Source: a virus
Lineage: Duplodnaviria > Caudoviricetes
Virus record (IMG/VR): IMGVR_UViG_3300020131_000101
Location: 1,091 to 65,090 of that record
Reading direction: 5' to 3' (one strand)
Length of the DNA: 64,000 nt
Part shown: in pieces, positions 45,983 through 54,085 of the stretch
Layout of the letters: each line of letters starts with the position of its first letter
Position numbering within the stretch: position 1 is the stretch's first letter
Notes under the pieces: model-generated
Told to the model about the DNA's origin: nothing
What the model saw: the letters and a program-made list of their open reading frames with translations, nothing else
Databases searched by the model: none
Program-made: the position numbers and the translations under genes

Positions 45983-46951
45983 ATGAATCAACAAGTAAAA
46001 ACTGTCGGCATCTCCGAGATCGAGAACCAAATTGAGCTGACGTCGTTCACTCAGAACCTTGCCCATCTCAATTCATTCGTTCTGCAGCTTCAGAAAGAAC
46101 TCCTTTCTTCCGAGCCAAACGACAAGCGCATCGCGCACTTCATTGATGAAGCGACGGCATTGCAAGGCACGCTGGTCACGCAGCTAGTCCGTGTCCTAGC
46201 GATCAGTGGTCATGATGCGCCAAACGTGAAGTATCTCGACCAGCTTCTGATAAAGCTAGATTACGTGCGGGACTTGGCAATTGACAGGATTAGAAGCCTG
46301 GAGGCGAAGCGAGATAAGTTAACCGAGGACTATCATGGCGAATTAAGACGTCTGGACGAGCGCCGAGACACGATTGCGGCTTGGCTTGCAGAAGGCAACA
46401 ATGCCGAGCGGTTTAGCAAGGCTTTTTCCAAGAGCCCGCCATCCTTGGATGAAATTGAAAAGTTCATGGCTCAAGACGCAGGCCAGCCGCCTGACGGCCC
46501 TGTTGACAACGGTGGATCTGGCGCGGAAGATGAAGAAATGGAAAAGCGAATTGCTAATCTCGAAAGTTTTGCGAATGATGCGCGCGAGCGCCTCGTTCGT
46601 ATCGAGACTCGCCTTGACGGAATCGACATGCGCCTTAACGGCATTGAGTCCAAAATGGCAACTAAGGCTGACATCGCTGCCTTGGCTACAAAGACCGACA
46701 TTGCGGGTATGGCTACAAAGACGGACATTGCAGAAGTCCGAGTCGAAATTCACAAGATGGATTCCAGCATTAAGACCTGGATGATCGTTACTGTCGTGGG
46801 CCTCTTCCTCGGCTTCGGCGGCATGATCTTCACATTGGGCAACTTTCTGAAACCTCTGTCCACAGCCTCAATTTCGCAAAACGGTGAAATAGGCGTTCAG
46901 TTGCCTAAAGCTCACCAACCGTCTCAGCAACCACCTCCGGCGACAAAGTAG
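45983..46951 (+). CDS. Coiled-coil protein with ATKxDI repeats and C-terminal TM
   Basis: Three 9-aa repeats (27 bp, 46655-46735); C-terminal hydrophobic helix. Confidence 0.7.
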   Translation: MNQQVKTVGISEIENQIELTSFTQNLAHLNSFVLQLQKELLSSEPNDKRIAHFIDEATALQGTLVTQLVRVLAISGHDAPNVKYLDQLLIKLDYVRDLAIDRIRSLEAKRDKLTEDYHGELRRLDERRDTIAAWLAEGNNAERFSKAFSKSPPSLDEIEKFMAQDAGQPPDGPVDNGGSGAEDEEMEKRIANLESFANDARERLVRIETRLDGIDMRLNGIESKMATKADIAALATKTDIAGMATKTDIAEVRVEIHKMDSSIKTWMIVTVVGLFLGFGGMIFTLGNFLKPLSTASISQNGEIGVQLPKAHQPSQQPPPATK

Positions 46952-46968
46952 ACTTCCATTTGACGTAG

Positions 46969-46992
46969 AAGCCCGCTGCGAGCGGGCTTTTT
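46969..46992 (+). terminator. Rho-independent terminator
   Basis: AAGCCCGC-TGCGA-GCGGGCTTTTT. Confidence 0.85.
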
Positions 46993-47012
46993 CATTTCTA
47001 TAATGACGCTGC

Positions 47013-47091
47013 TGGGCCGTGTCCTCTCGGTGGACGTCCTGGGGTCATCCCAGGAAGACGTGGAGGGTTCGAATCCCTCTCGCCCCAGCCA
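47013..47091 (+). ncRNA. tRNA-like RNA / degenerate tRNA (UCA at loop centre)
   Basis: Cloverleaf with TTCGAAT T-loop, encoded 3' GCCA, TATAAT 8 nt upstream; non-canonical anticodon loop. Confidence 0.6.
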
Positions 47092-47096
47092 CACCT

Positions 47097-47121
47097 AAGC
47101 CCGCCCAGAGCGGGCTTTTTT
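47097..47121 (+). terminator. Rho-independent terminator
   Basis: AAGCCCGC-CCAGA-GCGGGCTTTTTT. Confidence 0.85.
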
Positions 47122-47157
47122 ACGTCCACATAAATTTTCCACATTTCAATTTAAGCG

Positions 47158-47232
47158 CTACAACTTTTTCACCCCTTATTACAACTTTTACTTGCAATAC
47201 AGAATCTGCTGTTGTAACCTGTAGTTGTAATT
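47158..47232. promoter_or_regulatory. OL/pL operator region
   Basis: TACAAC/GTTGTA half-sites; GTTGTAACCTGTAGTTGTAAT closely mirrors the OR sequence ATTACAACTGTAGGTTACAAC. Confidence 0.75.
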
Positions 47233-47280
47233 AATGCCGAGCAGCATGCATTCAGTTGAGCAACTTGATCGGGGGGTGGG

Positions 47281-47583
47281 ATGAAAGGGAAACATGCAGC
47301 AACGCCGTGGCACTGCAAGCAATTGGTAGGCGTGGTTGAACGCGGCTTTGCAATCTTCCACACCAAGGAAAAGGACACTACCAAGACGACGCATCGCATT
47401 GACGATAACGGCGAGTTTTCCAAGGAAGATGCTGAATTCATCGTCCGCGCCTGCAATGCTCACGATGATCTGGTGAAGGCGTTGCGGGAATATGTGGAGC
47501 GGCATGAGGCGGAGTGTGATCCGTCCGGCTTGCCTGAATACGATCAGGCTCGCTCCGCCCTCGCCAAAGCAGGTGCCGCATGA
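47281..47583 (+). CDS. Early phage protein
   Basis: TPW...DAEFIVRACNAHDDLV.AL..AR.AL.KA. Confidence 0.75.
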   Translation: MKGKHAATPWHCKQLVGVVERGFAIFHTKEKDTTKTTHRIDDNGEFSKEDAEFIVRACNAHDDLVKALREYVERHEAECDPSGLPEYDQARSALAKAGAA

Positions 47584-47828
47584 GCCGCACAAACTTCGAC
47601 CTCGACGATGAGCTCAAGCGGCGCGGCAATGCCGCAGTAGCGTACGCGCTCATGCTTGCCCGTAAGGCATTCCAAGAAGGACGTTTGGATGCCTACCAGC
47701 GCGGCTATTTCTACGGACAACTCCTCGTCGCCAAATGCGACCTCCGCGCCGAGAAATACATCGAGCAGGGAGCGCTCAACGAAATCAACTTTCTGAAAAA
47801 TCTGGTGCGGAAAGGCGGTGCCGCATGA
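47580..47828 (+). CDS. Early phage protein
   Basis: ATGA-coupled ORF. Confidence 0.6.
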   Translation: MSRTNFDLDDELKRRGNAAVAYALMLARKAFQEGRLDAYQRGYFYGQLLVAKCDLRAEKYIEQGALNEINFLKNLVRKGGAA

Positions 47829-48037
47829 AGCGCTTCTACTCTGCCCTCGCCATCGTACTCATTTTTGCTGTCTACGGGATCGTCGGCACACTTGACCGCA
47901 TCGACCAGGAGCGCGCAGAAGCACATCGCGCCGAGATCATAGCCGCAGCCAAAGCTGAATACAAACGCCGCCAGTGGGAAGGGCTCGAAGAAAAAGCCGA
48001 GTACCTCACCTTTCCTATAGCCGCCTACAACAAGTGA
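47825..48037 (+). CDS. Small protein with N-terminal TM
   Basis: ATGA-coupled ORF. Confidence 0.6.
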   Translation: MKRFYSALAIVLIFAVYGIVGTLDRIDQERAEAHRAEIIAAAKAEYKRRQWEGLEEKAEYLTFPIAAYNK

Positions 48038-48120
48038 CCGGCGCATGCGTGGACTCATCAAGTACTACCGGCAGTTCCGTCGCGGCTGCCGATTCTTACC
48101 TGCTATCCGGAGGGCATGGA

Positions 48121-48411
48121 ATGTCTGGCACAGGGGCTTCTAAAGGCGGGATGAATGCGCGCTGGATAGCCATGCGCTGCAAGGAGCCTTTCTTCTGGCG
48201 ATTCCTTGAGGAGGCGTTCAGCGAGGAAGTCGAGAGCGAGGAGGCCGCCGTTTCTGTCGTCTATATCTACGGTGGCGTCAGATCGCGCGCGGAGTTCGAC
48301 ATTGATCCGGCCGCGGCGGATCGCTTTCACATCGTATTCCGCCGTCCTTTTGCCGACTACTCGGATCGGCTCGCATCGCAACAAAACAATCGAAACAGGG
48401 AGTTCGTATGA
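48121..48411 (+). CDS. Hypothetical phage protein
   Basis: GGAGG RBS; C..P.F..FL...GV.SRAE.D..AA..FH...RRPF. Confidence 0.7.
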   Translation: MSGTGASKGGMNARWIAMRCKEPFFWRFLEEAFSEEVESEEAAVSVVYIYGGVRSRAEFDIDPAAADRFHIVFRRPFADYSDRLASQQNNRNREFV

Positions 48412-48668
48412 AAACAGCCCAAGAAGCCGTCGGCTATGCCGTCAATTTTCTCTTCTCGCCCAGCGAGAAGTTGCTGAAAACCGATCCGACGATGGCGGAA
48501 CTCGGCGCCGACAGTCTCGACATGATCGAACTCGCAATGCATGTAGAGGACGAGCTCGGGATCATCATCGTCGACCAGGACATTCCGACCAACCTCGAAC
48601 TGCGCGTTTCCCAATACGCGGAGCAGATCGAGAAGCTCATCCCCGCCAAGAACAAAGTTCCTGCCTAA
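48408..48668 (+). CDS. Acyl carrier protein-like protein
   Basis: ELGADSLDMIELAMHVEDELGI phosphopantetheine-attachment motif; acidic 86 aa. Confidence 0.85.
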   Translation: MKTAQEAVGYAVNFLFSPSEKLLKTDPTMAELGADSLDMIELAMHVEDELGIIIVDQDIPTNLELRVSQYAEQIEKLIPAKNKVPA

Positions 48669-48677
48669 GGTGCCGCC

Positions 48678-49583
48678 ATGTGGTTCAAGAACATTCAAAT
48701 CTACATGCTGACCGCACCGTGGTCGATGACATCCGAGCAGCTGGAGGCCGCGCTGGCGCCGCAGGCATTTGTCCCCTGCGGTAGTCTAGATCTGCAGACG
48801 CAAGGCTGGGTCTCGCCCCGCGACAACGGCATGCTGGTGCACACGGTCAACCGCCAGATGCTGCTGCAGCTCGGCACAGAGAAAAAGCTCCTACCGGCCA
48901 AGGTCATTGCCGCGAAGACGAAGGAACGCGTTGACGAACTGGAAGTGCAGCAAGGCTTCAGGCCTGGCCGCAAACAGATCCGCGAGATCAAGGAACAGGT
49001 AACGGACGAGCTCTTGCCGCAGGCTTTCGCCGTCCGCCGGGACACGCGTGTCTGGATCGATCCGGTACATGGGCTGCTGGTTGTCGATTCTGCGGCACCA
49101 GCGCGCGCCGATGAAGTCTTCAAGATGCTGCTCAAGTCCCTGGAAGTCCTCCCCTTCGCCGCACTGCGCACCGAGCGTTCGCCGCTGTCCGCGATGACCG
49201 ACTGGCTTGCTGCTGACGAAGCGCCGGCCGGATTCACCGTCGACCAGGACACAGAACTGCGCTCCAGCGGCGAAGGTAAGGCTACCGTGCGCTACCTGCG
49301 CCACACCCTGGAGCCAACCGACATCAACCGCCACATCGCCGCCGGCAAGCAGGTTACACGCCTCGCCCTCACATGGGCTGACCGTGTCTCTTTTGTGCTG
49401 ACCGAGAAGCTGGCGATCAAGCGTATCGCGCCGCTGGATGTCCTAAAGGAAAACACCGACTCCAGCACGCAGAACGAGGATGAGCGCTTCGATAGTGACT
49501 TCCTCCTGATGGCTGGTGAACTGGCCAAGCTAGTTGACAACCTTGTCACGGCGCTTGGCGGGCAAGAAGCCCAAAGCAAGTAA
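48678..49583 (+). CDS. rdgC: Recombination-associated protein RdgC
   Basis: [46 protein letters not shown]. Confidence 0.95.
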   Translation: MWFKNIQIYMLTAPWSMTSEQLEAALAPQAFVPCGSLDLQTQGWVSPRDNGMLVHTVNRQMLLQLGTEKKLLPAKVIAAKTKERVDELEVQQGFRPGRKQIREIKEQVTDELLPQAFAVRRDTRVWIDPVHGLLVVDSAAPARADEVFKMLLKSLEVLPFAALRTERSPLSAMTDWLAADEAPAGFTVDQDTELRSSGEGKATVRYLRHTLEPTDINRHIAAGKQVTRLALTWADRVSFVLTEKLAIKRIAPLDVLKENTDSSTQNEDERFDSDFLLMAGELAKLVDNLVTALGGQEAQSK

Positions 49584-49623
49584 TACCGGCTTTACATCTA
49601 CAACGAGATCGGCAGGGAGAACC

Positions 49624-51654
49624 ATGATCACCACTGAAGTTCGCCATTTTCACTTCTGCTGCGGCATCGGCGGCGCAGCCAAGGGCTTCAACAAGGCAAA
49701 CCCACGCGTTGGCAACGTGCAGGCGACCTTCCGCTGCCTCGGCGGCGTAGACGTCGACGCATCTGCAATCCGAGACTTCAATCGTCTGGTCGGGGTGCCG
49801 GGCACGGTAATGGACCTGTTCACTCGAGACCAGTACATCCGGTTCCACTGTAAGGAGCCGCCGCCAGAGTGGCGCGAGATGGGGCCGGCAGACATCCGGC
49901 GCGCCGCCGGTAACGAGCGCCCGCATATCGTATTCATCTCATCCCCGTGCAAGGGTGCTTCCGGGCTGCTATCCGAAGCGACCAGCAAGACGCCAAAGTA
50001 CCAGGCGCTCAACGAGCTGACGCTGCGCTGTATCTGGCTGATGTCCGAGGCTTGGCAGGACGACCCGGTAGACCTGATCGTGTTCGAGAACGTGCCGAGA
50101 CTGGCCACACGCGGCCGGCACTTGTTGGACCAGATCAACCAGCTCCTGCAGCGCTACGGCTACGCGGTTGCTGAAACGACACACGACTGCGGCGAACTGG
50201 GTGGTCTGGCGCAGTCCCGCAAGCGCTTCCTCCTGGTCGCGCGCCACGCCGAGAAAGTGCCGCCGTTCCTGTATGAGCCTGAAAAGAAGAGCTTGCGTGC
50301 CGTCGGCGACATCCTCGGCCGCATGCCGTTCCCGGGTGACGAGGTAGGCGGCCCGATGCACCGAATTCCGCGCCTGCAGTGGAAAACGTGGGTTCGCCTG
50401 GCGTTCGTCGAAGCCGGCAGCGACTGGCGCAGTCTGAACAAGCTGGCTGTCGAAAATGGCCACCTTCGCGACTATCTGATCCTGCCGGAATACCGTTCTG
50501 ACTATCTGGGCGTCAACCGCTGGGAAGAACCGGTCGGAGCGGTGTCCGGACGTGCCGGACCGAGCAACGGCGCCTATTCAGTGGCCGACCCACGTTTCGA
50601 TCAGTCCAAGAAATGGAACGACGGGCAAGCTTATGGTGTGCGAATGTGGCAGGAGGCAACAGGGACGATTGCAGGGCAGCAGACTCCAGGTCAAGGCGCA
50701 TATTCGGTAGCGGATCCGCGCTCCAGTGGCGAGCACCACAAGAACGTGTACCGAATTGTCGCGTGGGACCAGGCATCGGGCACCGTAACCGGCGGATTCA
50801 AGGCAAGCAGTGGCGGAGGTGTCGCCGATCCTCGCCCGCCATCCGGACCACTGTTCAGCAAGTATGCGGTGACCGAGTGGAATCAGCGGACAGGTACGGT
50901 GATCGGCGGCGATGACTCTGGCGCCTACGCTGTCGCGGATCCTCGCACGGGAAAATCCAGCCATTCCGGATTCGGTGTGACCGAATGGAACGAACCGGCC
51001 GGGACCGTGGCCGGAGAATCCCTGCCGTCGAACGGACAGTTTGCCGTCGCCGATCCACGTCCAGGGTGGGACCGGCACGCCGGCAACCTGGTCGTGACCG
51101 ACTGGAATGGCCCCTCGAACACGGTAATTGCAGGCGGCAAGGGTGTTCAAGGCGGATGGCTGTCCGTCGCAGACCCGCGCACTGGCATGACCCGTGAAAA
51201 GGGCGACAACTACCTGACGGCCGGGCATTACGGTGTGATCCCGTGGGACCAGCCGAGTGGCGCGGTCAGCGCGGCAGCCGGGCACGACAACGGCCGCTGG
51301 TCGGTCGCTGACCCCCGCATCGACGTCCTCCCGGCGCTCGATCAGAAGACTGTGGCAATTATCCGCGCGCTCGACGGTACGTGGCACCGCCCGTTCACCA
51401 CCTTGGAGCTGGCGGCCCTGCAGTCGCTGATCGAGCCGGAAGAATTCCTCCTGCTCGACGGCATGAGCGACAGCCTATGGCGTGAGCACATTGGAAACCT
51501 CGTGCCGCCGGATGCCGCGACCGCTATTGCCGACGTTATGGGTACAACGCTTCTCCTCGCGTGGTCCGGCGAAACGTTCGTTCTCAGCGCCACGCCGGTA
51601 TGGGTTCGCAATGTCGCGATTGCGCTGTCTCTTTCCCAGAAGGACGCAGCATGA
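49624..51654 (+). CDS. DNA cytosine-5 methyltransferase with repeat-expanded variable region
   Basis: FCCGIGG, SPCKG, FENVP, QSRKR, IGNLVPP; seven VADPR repeats. Confidence 0.9.
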   Translation: MITTEVRHFHFCCGIGGAAKGFNKANPRVGNVQATFRCLGGVDVDASAIRDFNRLVGVPGTVMDLFTRDQYIRFHCKEPPPEWREMGPADIRRAAGNERPHIVFISSPCKGASGLLSEATSKTPKYQALNELTLRCIWLMSEAWQDDPVDLIVFENVPRLATRGRHLLDQINQLLQRYGYAVAETTHDCGELGGLAQSRKRFLLVARHAEKVPPFLYEPEKKSLRAVGDILGRMPFPGDEVGGPMHRIPRLQWKTWVRLAFVEAGSDWRSLNKLAVENGHLRDYLILPEYRSDYLGVNRWEEPVGAVSGRAGPSNGAYSVADPRFDQSKKWNDGQAYGVRMWQEATGTIAGQQTPGQGAYSVADPRSSGEHHKNVYRIVAWDQASGTVTGGFKASSGGGVADPRPPSGPLFSKYAVTEWNQRTGTVIGGDDSGAYAVADPRTGKSSHSGFGVTEWNEPAGTVAGESLPSNGQFAVADPRPGWDRHAGNLVVTDWNGPSNTVIAGGKGVQGGWLSVADPRTGMTREKGDNYLTAGHYGVIPWDQPSGAVSAAAGHDNGRWSVADPRIDVLPALDQKTVAIIRALDGTWHRPFTTLELAALQSLIEPEEFLLLDGMSDSLWREHIGNLVPPDAATAIADVMGTTLLLAWSGETFVLSATPVWVRNVAIALSLSQKDAA

Positions 51655-52736
51655 CACTCACCAAAGGACGCATTGACCGCGCCGGGGTCATCAAATTCAA
51701 CGATGCCAGCCTTACCGTCTGGGAGGAAGGCCTCGCCGACGCGCGCAGGAATGGTGGCTGGGACAGCGAACAGCGCTGGAGACGACAGTTCAAGCGGCAG
51801 GTATTCGCACGCGTCGTTCAACAGCTGCGTCGTCTTGGCTGGGATTGCGTCGTTCCAGAGGAAATGATCAAGCAGTACAGCCTGGACTTCGCACGAGACC
51901 ATCGGTATTGCCGAAAAGGTGATCTGCAGGCAGACCTGTCCATAAGTGGACGATGCATTGAGTTCGAGATGTTCCAGAACGTGAATGCACCCGATCGCCC
52001 AGATCATGGTGGCCGCTACCAGAACGATAAGGAAAGGCACATGCCGTACTTGATGCGCCTCGAAATGGAGCGCACGCGTCGAAGGATCCGTGATTACCTC
52101 TGCAACGTTTTCACCGAGTACGTGTTCGATCCGCCAAAGCCAAAGCTTGGCTTCAATGGCGTCACGGCGGTGGAGTATGCCGCCTATGAACGCCGCACCA
52201 CGGGGCATTACGTTGCCGAGCTTGATCGCGCCAGGATCAGCAATCCAGGCTATGACGACAAGTCGGCCGATGGTCACAAGCTCGAGCACGGCATGCGCGC
52301 CTACGGGAAGGATCGCAAAGGTCGAATCATCGTGGGGACCTTGCTGTATCGCCTCGGCGGAAACTGGACGCTGGTGACTGGTCGCTATGGCCTGACATAC
52401 CTCTATCACAACGAAGTATGGGTCGAGAATCCCGGAAATCTGCGCGTCAAGCGCAACACTGTCGAGCGCCGGAAACGCCTCGAGGCTGAACTGCACAAGG
52501 CGGTCACCGCCATGAAGTTCGAGCGCGCCGCCGTGCTGCGCGACATCCTGTTTCCAGGTGATCAGACGCTGTATGTCGTCTGGAACAACGAGCGCCAGCT
52601 CTACCACTGCACCGGCTTTCGCGGATACACCGCCGATCACTCCAAGGCTGGCAAATTCACGGCGGATGAGGTTCGAGGCTGGGATTGCAAGCCGAACAGG
52701 GTAATCCCTTTGCAAGCAGATAAGGAAGCCGCATGA
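51651..52736 (+). CDS. Hypothetical phage protein with UVR-like coiled-coil motif
   Basis: 361 aa; LEAELHKAVTAMKFERAAVLRD. Confidence 0.7.
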   Translation: MTLTKGRIDRAGVIKFNDASLTVWEEGLADARRNGGWDSEQRWRRQFKRQVFARVVQQLRRLGWDCVVPEEMIKQYSLDFARDHRYCRKGDLQADLSISGRCIEFEMFQNVNAPDRPDHGGRYQNDKERHMPYLMRLEMERTRRRIRDYLCNVFTEYVFDPPKPKLGFNGVTAVEYAAYERRTTGHYVAELDRARISNPGYDDKSADGHKLEHGMRAYGKDRKGRIIVGTLLYRLGGNWTLVTGRYGLTYLYHNEVWVENPGNLRVKRNTVERRKRLEAELHKAVTAMKFERAAVLRDILFPGDQTLYVVWNNERQLYHCTGFRGYTADHSKAGKFTADEVRGWDCKPNRVIPLQADKEAA

Positions 52737-53181
52737 ACCAGCTCAAAGTAAAGCGCCTTCATCCTGAAGCCATCATCCCGAAGTACGCACCTCTGGCGCC
52801 GCATGCTTTGACTTGCATGCCTGTATTCCTGAAATGGAGCGCGGTCCGGCAAAGCTCGATCCCAGCGTTGCCAGGACCTTCAGGACAGGTCTTTCCTTCG
52901 AGATCCCGTCTGGCTGGGTAATGCTGATCTACTCGCGTAGTGGGCACGGATTCAAGCACGGAGTTCGCCTTGCCAACGCCGTCGGTGTCATCGATTCCGA
53001 TTACCGCGGCGAAGTTCAGGTGAAGCTGGTCAACGACGGCGGGATGCCGTTCTATGTGAACAAGGGCGATCGCATTGCACAGGCCATGCTCGTTCCCGTC
53101 CAGCAATTCCAGCTGGCGGAAGTCGAGGACCTGAGTGAAACGGCGCGCGGCGCCGGCGGATTTGGGAGCACTGGATCATGA
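52733..53181 (+). pseudogene. dut: dUTPase, frameshifted near codon 19
   Basis: Motifs 2-5 (SRSG, GVIDSDYRGE, DRIAQ, RGAGGFGSTG) lie in a different frame from the N-terminus; one base missing at ~52788. Confidence 0.85.
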
Positions 53182-53681
53182 GCCTTACTGCAGAACAAAA
53201 GCGCGCCGCATTGAAAGGCGTGGACATTCTGGATCCTGAGCAGGTATTTGACGCAGTTGCTGCCGCCCTCTCCCATCTCACGCAGAAGCTGGTTGGCGAA
53301 GTCCAAGCAATGCCTGGTGCGGAGGGCTTCACAACTGCGGTGTTCGTAGCTGATGAAGTCCCTGCCGGAACCAAGCTCTACACCCACTCCATCGCAAGCG
53401 GGATGGATGCGGAAGTACTCGCATGGCCACCTGAGTTGACGCCCGACCTTGAAGAAGTGCTCGGCTGGCCGAACTTCCGCTGCGGCCCGGTTGCTCACCT
53501 GTTCCAAGCCGCTGGCTACGACATCAAGAAGAAGGCCGAGAGCGAGCAGGCATTTGTCCTGCACTGGCTTGCATCGCTGGTGCTGAAGCATGGCGAAAAC
53601 TGGCGCGACAAGGCATCTGAAAAGCTCCGCGAGCTGCAGGATCAGGTCGCCGCCCTCTCGAAGAAGGGGGACGGAAAGTGA
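53178..53681 (+). CDS. Hypothetical phage protein
   Basis: ATGA-coupled; LG.PNF.C..AH..G.DI.KKAE.EQA.VLHW. Confidence 0.7.
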   Translation: MSLTAEQKRAALKGVDILDPEQVFDAVAAALSHLTQKLVGEVQAMPGAEGFTTAVFVADEVPAGTKLYTHSIASGMDAEVLAWPPELTPDLEEVLGWPNFRCGPVAHLFQAAGYDIKKKAESEQAFVLHWLASLVLKHGENWRDKASEKLRELQDQVAALSKKGDGK

Positions 53682-54085
53682 ACCCGCGCATCTACAAGAA
53701 GCAGGCAAAGCGCTCAGTTGAACTCCTGCGATCGCATGAAGGCTGGACCATGCCACTCAAGAACATGGAGATATACGGCCCGTCACGCCACGATCATCCA
53801 TACAGCGGCTGGAAAAGCAATATTGGAATAGATGGCTCTCCCGTCCTCGGCTACTGGTCATCGACGATGGACGGCCGCGAATGGGATGAGCGCTGTGCGC
53901 GTAGTGAGTGGTGCGATCTCCATTACTGGACGTTTGTTGTTCCGGAGGATCATTTCAAAACTGGCAATGAGCCTCTGCCGAAGATGACTATTCAGCAGTG
54001 CCGACAGCGCTTCTCTACAAAGATGATTGCCACAGGTTGGCGTTGGCGTGGCAATCGAGCAATCAAGGATGATCGCAATGTCTGA
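53678..54085 (+). CDS. Hypothetical phage protein
   Basis: GTGA-coupled, Trp-rich. Confidence 0.6.
   Translation: MNPRIYKKQAKRSVELLRSHEGWTMPLKNMEIYGPSRHDHPYSGWKSNIGIDGSPVLGYWSSTMDGREWDERCARSEWCDLHYWTFVVPEDHFKTGNEPLPKMTIQQCRQRFSTKMIATGWRWRGNRAIKDDRNV

Noticed and set aside
47013-47091. Calling the element a functional tRNA-Sec or tRNA-Met
   Set aside because: No long variable arm, no U33/purine 37, and CAT is off-centre in the loop; reported only as tRNA-like
47572-47828. Repeated GGTGCCGCATGA gene junctions
   Set aside because: Ordinary SD plus ATGA translational-coupling motif common in phage early operons
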